DNA of 64,000 bases from an uncultured Chloroflexia bacterium (GCA_963707395.1 CAVPPQ010000020.1:70021-134020), one strand, 5' to 3'. Positions 35,793 through 50,164 are shown, counted from the stretch's first letter. Notes: generated by a model not told the origin, from the sequence alone. A program made the numbers and translations.

Positions 35793-35796
<4 letters not shown>
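34768..35796 (-). CDS. Dihydroorotate-dehydrogenase-like TIM-barrel flavoprotein (PFOR-associated)
   Basis: The translation reads as the DHOD/DHPD-like fold (IIASASPLT...NLPLAVKLSPY...LVLFNR). Length is 342 aa. It overlaps the stop of the upstream PFOR gene. Confidence 0.7.
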
Positions 35797-39434
<3,638 letters not shown>

Positions 39435-39622
39435 GTGCCGGGCCTCCTTGCAGTGCTTGGCTTGCGTCACCCGGTCTCATGGGTGGAGTCGGGTCAGGTC
39501 GATCCCGCGGCCAAGGGGGCGACCGCGGGGCTCCCACAGTGTGCGCAGCGGATGGATGGGCCGTCAGGGCCATCAGGCCCCCCGTGGGGCGGGTGAGCAG
39601 TCACGTCGTGGAGGGCTGCGGC

Positions 39623-39637
39623 ACGCTAGGCTAGCGT
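39623..39637. promoter_or_regulatory. Palindrome ACGCTAG-g-CTAGCGT in the divergent promoter region between nifJ and the 39678 membrane-protein gene
   Basis: It has 7-bp perfect inverted arms with a 1-nt spacer. Confidence 0.3.
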
Positions 39638-39677
39638 CAGAAGAACCGCCGATGCCCGGTGGACGAGGAGGACAGGC

Positions 39678-40796
39678 ATGCCACGTTCGATCCTGCGCGC
39701 ACTGCTGCTGGCGTGCGCCACGCTCATGCTGGGCGCACTGCCCGCGCTGGCCCAGGCCGAAGAGCAGACGCTCCCCGGCCCACAGGACGCCAGCGTCGTG
39801 GTGGGCATCCAGAATGATGTCTCGCTGGCCGCCGGCGAAGAGACCGACGTGGTCTTCGTCGTCGATGGCACGGCCCGTGTCGAAGGCTCCACCAGGGCCC
39901 TGGTGGCCATCGATTCGGAGGTCACCATCAGCGGCGCCGGCGCGTCGGCGGAGAGCGTCCTGGCCATTGGCGGCACGCTTGACGTGGCCGATGGAGCCAC
40001 GGTCAAGGACTTGGCCTATGTGGGCACGACGCCGACGATCGCACCGACCGCGACCGTGACCGGCGAGATCACCAACATCGAGACGGACCTCACCGAATTC
40101 GCCGCCTTCCTCCTGGCGGCATTGGCAGTCATCGCCTTCTTCGTCTTGATCGGCTGGCTGCTGGCCGTGCTCATCTCAGCCCTGCTGCTGGTCGCCTTCG
40201 GGACCGACCAGGCCCGGCGGGCGGCCGCCAACATCGGCGGCGACGTGCTCAAGACGCTCGTCGTCGGCCTGCTCATGCTCATCGTGCCGTGGATCGTCAT
40301 CGGCCTCCTGGCCGTCACCATCGTGGGCATCCCGCTGGCCATCGGGCTGGGACTCATGTGGGGCTTCATCGCCTTCCTGGGCTACCTCGTGGTGGGCCTC
40401 TGGATCGGAGAACGGATCCTGTCGCGCAGCCGCAGGGCAGCGCGACCCTACGGGGCCGCCTTCCTGGGCGTGCTCATCCTCATGCTCGTGAGCTGGATCC
40501 CGTTCGTCTCCACGATCGCGCTGTGGTTCGGCCTGGGGGCGGTCACGCTGGCTGGCTGGCGCACGCTGCGTGCTGGCGGCACGCCACCCCCGGCGGACGG
40601 ATGGGGAGGCATCCCCGGACAGGCCTGGCCGGTGCCTCCGCCCTACGGACAGCCCGTCTACGGTCAGCCACAGTACGGCCAGCCGGGCTATGGCCAGCCG
40701 GGCTATGGCCAGCCGCCGTACGCACCGCCCCCGCCGCCCCAGGGCTACTGGCCGCCGCAGCAGGGCGGCCCGCCGGCCGGCTGGCCGCAGGGCTGA
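39678..40796 (+). CDS. Secreted/membrane protein with a beta-strand-rich N-domain (tentatively bactofilin-like), four TM helices and a C-terminal YGQP/Pro-rich repeat tail
   Basis: It has a signal peptide followed by short beta-strand-like repeats (VVGIQNDVSL, VFVVDGTARV, TISGAGAS, AIGGTL, VADGATV). Hydrophobic helices follow, then a YGQPVYGQPQYGQPGYGQPGYGQPPY tail. Confidence 0.55.
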   Translation: MPRSILRALLLACATLMLGALPALAQAEEQTLPGPQDASVVVGIQNDVSLAAGEETDVVFVVDGTARVEGSTRALVAIDSEVTISGAGASAESVLAIGGTLDVADGATVKDLAYVGTTPTIAPTATVTGEITNIETDLTEFAAFLLAALAVIAFFVLIGWLLAVLISALLLVAFGTDQARRAAANIGGDVLKTLVVGLLMLIVPWIVIGLLAVTIVGIPLAIGLGLMWGFIAFLGYLVVGLWIGERILSRSRRAARPYGAAFLGVLILMLVSWIPFVSTIALWFGLGAVTLAGWRTLRAGGTPPPADGWGGIPGQAWPVPPPYGQPVYGQPQYGQPGYGQPGYGQPPYAPPPPPQGYWPPQQGGPPAGWPQG

Positions 40797-40832
40797 CGAC
40801 CCGGCCGCTGGCCTGTCGAGGCGGGCCGGTCT

Positions 40833-41759
40833 TCAGCCGGCCCGACGCCCAAGACCCGCGGCGTCCACGATGATGGGCCGCAGGCCCTGTCGCAGGAACC
40901 AGGTCTCGCGACCCAGGAGCCGCTCCAGGTCGAGCAGCCGCAGCGTCGTCGTGGGCGCCTCGAGCAGCTCCTGGCGTGAGGCCAGGTCGACCTGGACGAG
41001 GGCCGTCAGGACGTAGGAAAGCGCCGTCGGGTCGTCGGTGGCGAGAAGGCGTCGTGCCGCCGCCATGAGCAGCTCGCGACGCTGTTCCGGCGTCAGGTCG
41101 GCGGCGTCGCCGGCCGCGAGGAGCGGTCCTTCGAGGTCGAAGGGCAGCGACCCGTCCGACCGAGCCAGGGGTTCGCTCGTGCCCCCCTGCGCCGGGACTT
41201 CTTCCTGCCCGGCGTCGTCGGCCCGGGCGGGCTCCGCGGGTGCAGGCGCGCCAGTCCCGGCCTCGGAGTCGTCCACCTCGATCTCGAACTCGATCTCGAT
41301 CTCCGGCCCCTCGCCGTCTCCGAGCGGTTGGAGCAGGCGGAGGTACTCCAGGAACCGCTTGCCCACCCGCTCGGCGTGCCGGTGAGCCACGTCCGGGGAG
41401 CCCACGGGCTCATCGAGGAAGCTGACCCGCCCGACGAGGTAGGGCTCCGAGACGGTGTCGACGGCCTCAAGCTGGAATCGTTGCTGGCCGACGGTCAGGA
41501 TGTCGAAGCGACCGTCCGGGTAGCGGCCGGCGCGACGGATGGCCGCGGTCGTGCCGACCTGTGCGATGGCACCGCTCAGGGGGCCGACCTCGCGCCCGGT
41601 CCGGAGCAGCACGACCCCGAAGGGCTCGCCGCGCGCGAGGCAGCGATCGACCATGCGGCGGTAGCGCTCCTCGAAGATATGGAGCGGCAGCGCCACGCCC
41701 GGGCAGAGCACAGAGCGCAAGGGGAAGAGCGGGATCCTCGTCACGCCACCATCATCCAC
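40833..41759 (-). CDS. LON N-terminal (substrate-binding) domain protein with no AAA or protease domains
   Basis: IPLFPLRSVLCPGVALPLHIFEERYR is the hallmark of the Lon N-domain. An acidic linker follows. Length is 308 aa. Confidence 0.7.
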   Translation of the reverse strand: MDDGGVTRIPLFPLRSVLCPGVALPLHIFEERYRRMVDRCLARGEPFGVVLLRTGREVGPLSGAIAQVGTTAAIRRAGRYPDGRFDILTVGQQRFQLEAVDTVSEPYLVGRVSFLDEPVGSPDVAHRHAERVGKRFLEYLRLLQPLGDGEGPEIEIEFEIEVDDSEAGTGAPAPAEPARADDAGQEEVPAQGGTSEPLARSDGSLPFDLEGPLLAAGDAADLTPEQRRELLMAAARRLLATDDPTALSYVLTALVQVDLASRQELLEAPTTTLRLLDLERLLGRETWFLRQGLRPIIVDAAGLGRRAG

Positions 41760-41854
41760 CCGGGCGGTCCAGCCCTCGCACCCGGCCTGGGGGCGCCCCG
41801 ACCTGGGAGCACCCGACCGTGGCGATCGGCGTCAGCCGGAAGGACGCTCCAGGC

Positions 41855-42277
41855 TCAGTGCCCGCAGGCGCCGGGGGATCCGGTCGACTCCGCGGTTCGG
41901 AAACTGCTGCCGCAGCCACAGCCGGTCACGGCGTTGGGGTTGTTGACGGTGAAGCCGGCACCCATGAGCGTGTCCACGTAGTCGATCTGCGATTCCTGCA
42001 GCAGTCCCGTGGACTGCGGGTCCACGTAGACGTTGATGCCCGACGACTGGACCCTGACGTCCTCCGCGGTGGGCTGGTCCTCGAGCATCATGCCGTAGCG
42101 ATACCCGCTGCAGCCTCCGCTGTAGACGTAGACGCGCAGGCCGACGTTCGGATCCGCCTCCGCGCGGGTCAGCTCGGTGAGCTTGGCGACCGCGGCATCC
42201 GTCAGCGTCACGAGTGGCGTGGCTTCAGGCTCGAGCGTCGGGATGGGCTGGACGGCTGACTGCTGCGGCTCGATCAT
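41855..42277 (-). CDS. Fe-S cluster insertion protein, HesB/IscA/ErpA family
   Basis: The cysteine pattern is GGCSGYRYG...GCGCGSSF. The real protein is about 140 aa, starting at MIEPQQ. The upstream part of the 335-aa ORF is junk. The start coordinate is good to within about 3 nt. Confidence 0.8.
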   Translation of the reverse strand: MIEPQQSAVQPIPTLEPEATPLVTLTDAAVAKLTELTRAEADPNVGLRVYVYSGGCSGYRYGMMLEDQPTAEDVRVQSSGINVYVDPQSTGLLQESQIDYVDTLMGAGFTVNNPNAVTGCGCGSSFRTAESTGSPGACGH

Positions 42278-42581
42278 CGAGTCGGGACCTCCGGAGTCGA
42301 CTGGGTGGCTGCGGCGCGGGGAGCTCCGCGACCTAAATCCTACGTCCGCGCTAAGGATTAGGCAAGGGCACCAGGGCGGCGCGATCCGCGGGTCAGGCCC
42401 GTGCGCTCCGCGGGTCAGGCCGTGCGCACTTCCTGCGGCCCCGACGGCCCGCCGGTTCTGCCAGCGGGTCCGCCAGCGGCGCGAAGCCCGGCGAGACGCT
42501 GGAGACGCAAGACACCGGGACGATTGGGACGGCCCTCGCCGTACCCCGGGGTGATGGGTCGGCAGGCCGGGCAGGACCACT

Positions 42582-43238
42582 GTGAGGCGCATGTCGAGCG
42601 TCCGGACGCCTCGCGCCATGCTGCCAGCCATGCTGGCGGTGGTCGTCTCCCTCGTGAGCGTGGTCCAGGTCGCCCAGGCCGGGAACCTCGTCGAGAGGCC
42701 GCGCCTCCGCACAGCCGGTGACGACGTGCCGACCGTCCAGGGCCCCGAGATGCTCCTGCCAGAGCGCGACACGGACGCTGAGCTGTTCGCCCTGCGACTG
42801 CTCAACTGCACGCGCACGGGCGGCTGGGTGCGCGTCGACGGCACCTGCAAGGGACGGGCCACGGGGACCTACTCGCCGTACCTGCCGCCGCTCCGCCTGC
42901 ACGATGGCATCAGCAGCCTGGTGGCGTTCGGCTGGGCCAGCGAGCTGGTGAAGGCCAAGGCCTGCGGCCACGTCATCCCGGGTCAGCCCGTCCTCCAGGT
43001 CCGCCTCGCCACGGCCGGCTTCCTGGACGCCTCCTTCGGAGAGAACGTGGGCTGCTGGTGGAGCGACAAGCCGGCGCGCGAGGTCGTCCTCAACGTCCAT
43101 CGCCTCATGCAGGCTGAGAAGCCCTACGACGGCGGCCACTGGCACAACATGAAGAATCCGCGGTACCGCAGCGTGGGCATCGGCGTCGCGACGGTGGCGG
43201 GGAGGACCACCGTCGTCTTCGACTTCTACGGCGGCTGA
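42582..43238 (+). CDS. Secreted CAP-domain (SCP/PR-1-like) protein
   Basis: It has a signal peptide and the motif HWHNMKNPRYRSVGIGVA, which is typical of the CAP superfamily. Confidence 0.7.
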   Translation: MRRMSSVRTPRAMLPAMLAVVVSLVSVVQVAQAGNLVERPRLRTAGDDVPTVQGPEMLLPERDTDAELFALRLLNCTRTGGWVRVDGTCKGRATGTYSPYLPPLRLHDGISSLVAFGWASELVKAKACGHVIPGQPVLQVRLATAGFLDASFGENVGCWWSDKPAREVVLNVHRLMQAEKPYDGGHWHNMKNPRYRSVGIGVATVAGRTTVVFDFYGG

Positions 43239-43259
43239 CGACTCCCCGGCGCCGCTGGG

Positions 43260-44528
<1,269 letters not shown>

Positions 44529-44544
44529 GGGACAGCGTCGGGAC

Positions 44545-44624
44545 GTGGGTCGGCGCCGGGTCGCGGGTCAGACGGCGGCGGGGCAGCGACGGCGGCGGGA
44601 AGTGGGTCGGCGCCGGGTCGCGGG
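44545..44624. repeat. Two copies of the 23-bp direct repeat GTGGGTCGGCGCCGGGTCGCGGG, 57 bp apart, upstream of the thiolase
   Basis: The exact copies lie at 44545-44567 and 44602-44624. Confidence 0.6.
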
Positions 44625-44656
44625 AAGCGGCGGTTGCGGGACGCGATGGGGCGCGG

Positions 44657-45338
44657 TCAGACGGTGGCCATCTGCCAGAGGAGGGTCGCGACGAGGTACT
44701 GGTCGCCCGCGGACTCGGCGGTCTCCTCGTGCAGGCTCCGGAGTCGCCCGATGACGGCGCGCAGACCGATCCGGTCAACGAGCTGAAAGGGACCCAGCGG
44801 GAAGCCGGCCACCGTCCGCATGACCTCGTCGATGGCTGGCGGCGCGCCCAGCCCATCCGCCACGGCGCGGTAGGCCTCGTTGACCACGGCCAGCTCGATG
44901 CGCTCCACGATGTGCTCCGGCGCCAGCGGCACGGCCAGTGGCCGTGCCACGTCCGGGACGACGCGCCCGCCTGGGCCGTAGCGATAGAAGCCGTGGCCGG
45001 TGGCACGACCCAGGCGTCCGGCAGCCACCAGCTCCCGCTGCAGCCGCGGCGAGGCGAAGCGCTCCTCGCCCCAGGTCTCGACGAGTGCGTCGCCGATGGC
45101 CAGGTCCACGTCCAGGCCGGTGTCGTCGAGGACTTCGCAGCGGCCCCCGCGCGTAGCCGGCCGACTCGAGCGCCCGGTCGATGTCCGCCACGGTGCCCTG
45201 CCCCGCCTGCACCATGCGCACGGCCTCGACGAGAAACGGGCGGCCGACCCGCCGGGCGACCAGGGCCGCCACGTCGAGCACCTCGGGGGCAGCGGCCACA
45301 CCAGCGCCGTCTTCCGCCTGGCGCGCTGCCTCACGCAC
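44657..45338 (-). pseudogene. 3-hydroxyacyl-CoA dehydrogenase remnant: C-terminal domains only, no NAD-binding domain, with an internal frameshift
   Basis: One frame (PFLVEAVRMVQAGQGTVADIDRAL) matches the start of the 3HCDH C-terminal domain. The continuation (LDVDLAIGDALVETWGE...GHGFYRY) lies in a second frame. The upstream space is taken by the hydrolase gene, so a Rossmann domain is absent. Confidence 0.5.
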
Positions 45339-46098
45339 GTCCGACCTCCGAGGCGCGCAGGAACTGCAGCAGGGCCTGGTTGAACAGCGAGGGACGCTCG
45401 GCGGTCAGGACATGGCCGACGCCCGGCGCGACGAAGAGGCTGGCCTCGGGCAGCTGGCGTTGCAGGCGCACGGCCTGCTCCAGGGGCACCCACGGGTCGC
45501 GATCCCCGCAGGCGAGCAAGATCGGCGACCGGGCACGCAGCAGCTCCTCCGGCCGCGGGTGGCGCTGTACGAGGATGTCGTCGCGGATCGCCGTGAGCAG
45601 CTTCCGCCAGGCGCCGTGGCCCTGGGTCGGGTCGTGCCGGCGCGCCAGCCTGGCGGCCCAGGCCGGGTCGTCTCGCTCCAGCCGCTCGGGGTCCATGAGG
45701 CGGCGAGCGACGCTGTTGCGGGGCTCGGGCTCCACGCCGACCGCCGCCAGCACGGCCGAGCGGAGGCGCTCCGGGTGCCGGATCGCGAAGGCCAGCGCCG
45801 TGCCGGCACCCATGGAGAGGCCGGCCACGTGGAAGCGCTCCAGCCCCAGTCCGTCTGCCAGGGCCAGCAGGTCGTCGACAAGCAGCCCGTGGCTCCAGCC
45901 CTGGTCGGTGTCCCAACGCGTCCCGGCGTGACCCCGGGCGTCGGGCAGGTAGAGCGTGAAGTGCTGGCGCAGCAGGGGCCTCTGGGCAGCCCAGTCCTCC
46001 ATCGCCGAGGAGGTCGCGGCGTGCAGCAGGACGAGGGGCGGCCCCTGACCCTCGGTCCGATAGGCGATGCGCAGGCCGTTGGCCTCCAGCTCAGGCAT
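45331..46098 (-). CDS. Alpha/beta-hydrolase fold protein
   Basis: It has an oxyanion HAATS region (PLVLLHAATSS), the nucleophile elbow GLSMGAG and a late His (GVGHV). I chose the start at MPELEANGL. Confidence 0.75.
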   Translation of the reverse strand: MPELEANGLRIAYRTEGQGPPLVLLHAATSSAMEDWAAQRPLLRQHFTLYLPDARGHAGTRWDTDQGWSHGLLVDDLLALADGLGLERFHVAGLSMGAGTALAFAIRHPERLRSAVLAAVGVEPEPRNSVARRLMDPERLERDDPAWAARLARRHDPTQGHGAWRKLLTAIRDDILVQRHPRPEELLRARSPILLACGDRDPWVPLEQAVRLQRQLPEASLFVAPGVGHVLTAERPSLFNQALLQFLRASEVGRA

Positions 46099-46211
46099 GC
46101 GAGCGTCGCCTTGGTACGCGAGGGACGGCGGGGCAGGTGCGCGGCGATGTGGAGGGGGCTGGCATGCGTGGCCACGATGGTCGCACGTCCGAGGCGCTAC
46201 CCTCACGTCCC

Positions 46212-46886
46212 ATGAGCAGCCAGCCTCCCGGGCTCCCCGCGCCACCACGCGAGGAGCTGCGCATCGGGCGCAGCGCGAAGCGGGCCCGCTACGACCGCGA
46301 GACGATCGAGGCCATCGTGGACGCCACGCTCATCGCCCACGTCGGCACCGTGCGGGACGGCTTGCCCGTGGTCATCCCCATGCTCTGCGGCCGCGATGGC
46401 GACTGGCTGCTGCTCCACGGCTCGCCGGCGGCGGGCACCATCGTGCGCGGCCGGGACCGGGAGGTCTGCGTGACGCTGACCGTCCTGGACGGCCTGGTGC
46501 TGGCGCGGTCGGCCTTCCACCACTCGCTCAACTATCGCTCCGTCGTGGTGATCGGCCGCGCAGAGCTCGTGCGCGACGAGGCTGAGCGGCGCCGTGCCCT
46601 GGAGGCCCTCATGGAGCGGCTCGTGCCCGGACGGCAGGCGACGCTCCGCCCGACCACCGATGCCGAGGTGCGCCAGACCGCCGTCCTGCGGGTGTCGCTG
46701 GAGAAGGCCTCAGCCAAGCTGCGCAGCGGGCCTCCGGCGGACGATGAAGCCGACTACGGCCTGCCCATCTGGGCCGGCGTGCTGCCGGTGGCCACGACGT
46801 TCGGCAGCCCGGAACCGGATCCACGCCTGGCGGCCGGCATCGAGCTGCCCGAGCACGTCAGGCGCCTGGCCGGCCGGCAGCCCTGA
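46212..46886 (+). CDS. Pyridoxamine-5'-phosphate-oxidase-like FMN-binding split-barrel protein (NimA/Pyridox_ox_2-like)
   Basis: The pattern IAHVGTVRDGLPVVIPM...GDWLLLHGS is typical of this fold. Length is about 224 aa, starting at MSSQPPGL. Confidence 0.6.
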   Translation: MSSQPPGLPAPPREELRIGRSAKRARYDRETIEAIVDATLIAHVGTVRDGLPVVIPMLCGRDGDWLLLHGSPAAGTIVRGRDREVCVTLTVLDGLVLARSAFHHSLNYRSVVVIGRAELVRDEAERRRALEALMERLVPGRQATLRPTTDAEVRQTAVLRVSLEKASAKLRSGPPADDEADYGLPIWAGVLPVATTFGSPEPDPRLAAGIELPEHVRRLAGRQP

Positions 46887-47017
46887 CCGACCGACCCGCG
46901 GCCCGACCGATACCAGCACCTCTTGCCCGGCTGGCCCGCGGCCCCGTCGATCGCCACCACTCCGCGCCCGGCGGGCAGGCGGCCCGCCGTTCGCCGGCAG
47001 TCGGGGCTGCCGAAGGC

Positions 47018-47428
47018 TCAGGCGGGCGCCGGGGGCTCGCCCGATGGATCAGGCTCGGGCGCGGGGAGCGGGTGCGAGAGGACGTCCTGCTGATCGGGGT
47101 GCCGTTCCAGCCAGCGGATGACGAACGGGCAGCGCGGGATGACGGCCAAGCCGCGCGCGCGCGCATCGCCGATGACCCAGGCCACGAGCTGGCTGGAGAG
47201 GCCCTGGCCCTCGAAGCCCTCCTGGACCTCCGTGTGCAGGAGCGCGACCCACGTCGCCGAGCGCTCGTAGCTCACGATGGCCGCCAGCGGGCCCCCGGGA
47301 CCGACGCGGGCCTCGTAGCGCTGCCGCGACTCGATGTCCGCGAAGTCGAGGCTGGGCCGCTCCACCGGGATGTGATCGGGCTCGTGCATCGGTCGCGGGT
47401 CGCTCGGGGGCCGCTCCTGGTCACTCAT
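47018..47428 (-). CDS. Small GNAT-like acetyltransferase (Acetyltransf_CG/YjdC-like)
   Basis: The motif EGQGLSSQLVAWVIGDARARGLAVIPRCPFV is recognisable. It overlaps the GH36 stop. The start may be an internal Met. Confidence 0.55.
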   Translation of the reverse strand: MSDQERPPSDPRPMHEPDHIPVERPSLDFADIESRQRYEARVGPGGPLAAIVSYERSATWVALLHTEVQEGFEGQGLSSQLVAWVIGDARARGLAVIPRCPFVIRWLERHPDQQDVLSHPLPAPEPDPSGEPPAPA

Positions 47429-49662
47429 GGCTCGCTCTCCCCTACTGCCTCGAGCTCGAAGAGGCGGGCCTGGAAGTCACCGCGCGCCTGCGCCTCCCAG
47501 GCGCGGTCGTCGAGGAAGAGGCCGACGTGCATGAGCTCGTCGCCGCCACGTTCCAGCTCGTTGGCGCGCGCGAGGGCATCGTCGGACCCCGGCCAGAGCG
47601 TGACCCGATAGCGCACCGCGGCGTCCAGGCCGCGCAGTCGCAGCCGGCCGGGACCGGGCACCGTGTGGGAGAGCACGCGGTACCAGCCCACGATGGCCCG
47701 CCGGCCGTCGTCGGAGGCGACCATCCAGGCGGTCTCGTTGCCGTCTCCCGCGAAGGGGCTGGCAAGACGCAGGAAGCGCCCGCCCTGCAGGAGCTCGCGA
47801 CGCTCGCGGTACCACTCGACCTGTGCCCGGACCCGGGCACGCTCGTCCGGCGACAGTCGGCGCGGGTCGAGCTCGTAGCCCAGGTTGCCGAAGAAGGCCA
47901 CCGCGGCCCGCATCTCGAGCGAGGTCAGGCGGCCGACCTGGTGGTTGGGCACGGCCGAGACGTGGGCAGCCATGGATACCAGCGGGTAGGCGAGCGAGGT
48001 GCCGTACTGGATGCGCAAGCGCTCGACCGCGTCGGTGTCGTCGCTCGTCCAGGCCTGTGGCGCGTAGGCCAGCAGGCCCGGGTCGAAGCGGCCACCGCCA
48101 CTGGCACAGGATTCGAAGAGGATGTCCGGGAAGCGCGACGTGAGGCGGCCATAGAGGTCATAGAGGCCCAGCACGTAGCGGTGGAAGAACTCGCCCTGCT
48201 GCTCTGGCGGCAGGCTGGCGCCGTAGGGCTCGGTGATGATGCGGTTCATGTCCCACTTCACGTAGGCGATCGGGGCGCTGGCGAGGACCGCGCCGATGAC
48301 CTCGGCGAGGTGCTCGACGACCTGCGGGTTCGAGAGGTCCAGGACGAGCTGGTTGCGCAGCTCGGAGCGGCTCCGGCCCGGGATGCCCACCGCCCACTCG
48401 GGATGCGCCTCGAAGAGCCGGCTGTCCGGGTTGACCATCTCCGGCTCGATCCAGAGGCCGAAGGCCAGGCCGAGGTCGTTGATCCGCGCCACGAGGGCCG
48501 CCAGCCCGGAGGGCAGCTTGCGGGCGTCGACCGTCCAGTCGCCCAGTGACGAGGTGTCGTCGTCACGCCGGCCGAACCAGCCGTCGTCGAGCACGAAGAG
48601 CTCCACGCCCAGCTCCGCCGCGGCCGCGGCCATCTCCACGACCCGCTCCTCGTCGAAGTCGAAGTAGACGCCTTCCCAGCTGTTGAGCAGGACCGGGCGT
48701 GGGCGATCGCGCCAGGGGCCGCGCACGAGGCGCTCCCGGTAGAGGCGGTGGTACGCGTCGGAGACGCCGCCGACCCCCTCGTCGCTCCAGGCCAGCACGG
48801 CCTCCGGCGCCTGGAACGAGGCGCCCGGCAGGAGCTGCCAGCGGAGGGTCTCGGGGTCGAGGCCGAGTCGCGCCCGGACCGTGTCGAAGGGGTCGACCTC
48901 CACCTCGGCGAGGAAGTTGCCCGAGTAGACCAGTGACAGGCCGATGGCCTCCCCGCTGGCCTCCGTCGTGGCCGGGCGGCGCAGCAGCAGGAAGGGGTTC
49001 TGGTAGTGGCTCGAGGTCCCGTGCCGGCTGGCCAGGGCCCGTCGCCCGCGGACGAGCGGGGCCTCCGTGACGTGGCACTCGCGGCCCCAGGCGCCAGTGA
49101 GCTGGGCGAGGTGCCAGTCCGCGTCGGGCAGGTCCAGGCTGGCGCTCATGGCCGTGCCGAGCTCCAGCGCCTCGCGGCCCTCGTTCACGACGCGCAGGCT
49201 GCGCACGATGACGGGGCGGTCGCGGTAGATGGTCAGGAGCAGGCCGACCAGGAGGCCGGACGGCGCGTCCTCCAGGAGGACCTCCACGCTGTCGGCCTCC
49301 GCGTCGTCTTCCACGTAGGTCGATGGCAGCCCCGGCAGGGCGGGCTTGCCGGGCAGGAGACGGTGCTCGCGGTAGACGAGGTCGAGGATCGAGCTGCCAT
49401 CCGCGTGGCGGATGGCCAGGGCGGGCGCCCGGAGGTCGCCGCGCCCCGTCGTGGGCACCTCCAGGCCGACCGGGTCGAGCACCTGGTTCTGCTGCGACAC
49501 GAACGCCTGGCGGACGAGGTGCCGGTAGTCCGTGCTCGCGGCGAGCGGCGCGCCGAAGTGGAGCTGGGCCAGCGTGCCCGAATCGAGCACGGCCATGACG
49601 TGGCTGATGACGCCGTTGTGCAGATGTAGCTGGCGCGCCTCTGGGCGCCACTCGATGGGCAT
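47425..49662 (-). CDS. Glycoside hydrolase family 36 alpha-galactosidase
   Basis: The protein is 745 aa with GH36 motifs (VLDDGWFGRRDDD, KWDMNR, catalytic CASGGGRFD region). The start at 49662 is preceded by AAGGAGA. The long N-terminal extension of the ORF is junk. Confidence 0.85.
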   Translation of the reverse strand: MPIEWRPEARQLHLHNGVISHVMAVLDSGTLAQLHFGAPLAASTDYRHLVRQAFVSQQNQVLDPVGLEVPTTGRGDLRAPALAIRHADGSSILDLVYREHRLLPGKPALPGLPSTYVEDDAEADSVEVLLEDAPSGLLVGLLLTIYRDRPVIVRSLRVVNEGREALELGTAMSASLDLPDADWHLAQLTGAWGRECHVTEAPLVRGRRALASRHGTSSHYQNPFLLLRRPATTEASGEAIGLSLVYSGNFLAEVEVDPFDTVRARLGLDPETLRWQLLPGASFQAPEAVLAWSDEGVGGVSDAYHRLYRERLVRGPWRDRPRPVLLNSWEGVYFDFDEERVVEMAAAAAELGVELFVLDDGWFGRRDDDTSSLGDWTVDARKLPSGLAALVARINDLGLAFGLWIEPEMVNPDSRLFEAHPEWAVGIPGRSRSELRNQLVLDLSNPQVVEHLAEVIGAVLASAPIAYVKWDMNRIITEPYGASLPPEQQGEFFHRYVLGLYDLYGRLTSRFPDILFESCASGGGRFDPGLLAYAPQAWTSDDTDAVERLRIQYGTSLAYPLVSMAAHVSAVPNHQVGRLTSLEMRAAVAFFGNLGYELDPRRLSPDERARVRAQVEWYRERRELLQGGRFLRLASPFAGDGNETAWMVASDDGRRAIVGWYRVLSHTVPGPGRLRLRGLDAAVRYRVTLWPGSDDALARANELERGGDELMHVGLFLDDRAWEAQARGDFQARLFELEAVGESEP

Positions 49663-49842
49663 GGCCAGCGGTCTCCTTGTGCGATGTGCTGCGACCGGGT
49701 AGGGTATGGCTGGTGCGGCCGGTCGAGCGCACGCGCCCCGATGGTACGACGTCGTCTTGGCGGCGCATCCACACACAAGTGCGGTCTCGATTACGATACG
49801 TGCCGTTTGGCAAAGGTCGTGAAACACAAAGGGGAACGATCC

Positions 49843-50088
49843 GTGAAGAAGACCATCGTGGCTGGCGCTCTCGTGCTCAGCCTCTTCGTCGTCGGTTGCA
49901 ACAACAACGACGAGGCGACCGAGGCACCGGCAGCCGTGGAGTCCGCGGCGGCTGAGGTGGAGGACGCGGTCGAGTCCGTCGCTGCCGAGGTCGAGGATGC
50001 CGTGGAGTCCGCTGCGGCCGACGCCGAAGCGGCCGTCGAGTCCATGGCAGCTGAGGTCGTCGACGCCGCCGCCTCGCCGGCAGCCTGA
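49843..50088 (+). CDS. Small lipoprotein with Ala/Glu-rich (AAEVEDAVES) repeats
   Basis: The GTG start lies after AAAGGGGAA. The signal plus lipobox is LSLFVVGC. An AT-richer promoter-like region lies upstream. Confidence 0.45.
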   Translation: MKKTIVAGALVLSLFVVGCNNNDEATEAPAAVESAAAEVEDAVESVAAEVEDAVESAAADAEAAVESMAAEVVDAAASPAA

Positions 50089-50164
50089 CGCCAGACGAGC
50101 AACGCTCGAACCGAAGGCCGCCCGGGAAACCGGGCGGCCTTCACGATTCCCGGGGGGCGGCCGC

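Noticed and set aside
48563-49813. 416-aa Arg/Pro-rich minus-strand ORF, plus other alternative-frame ORFs over 47425-50190
   Set aside because: They are shadow frames of the GH36 alpha-galactosidase gene. The 921-aa ORF's first 176 residues are also rejected as a spurious N-terminal extension.
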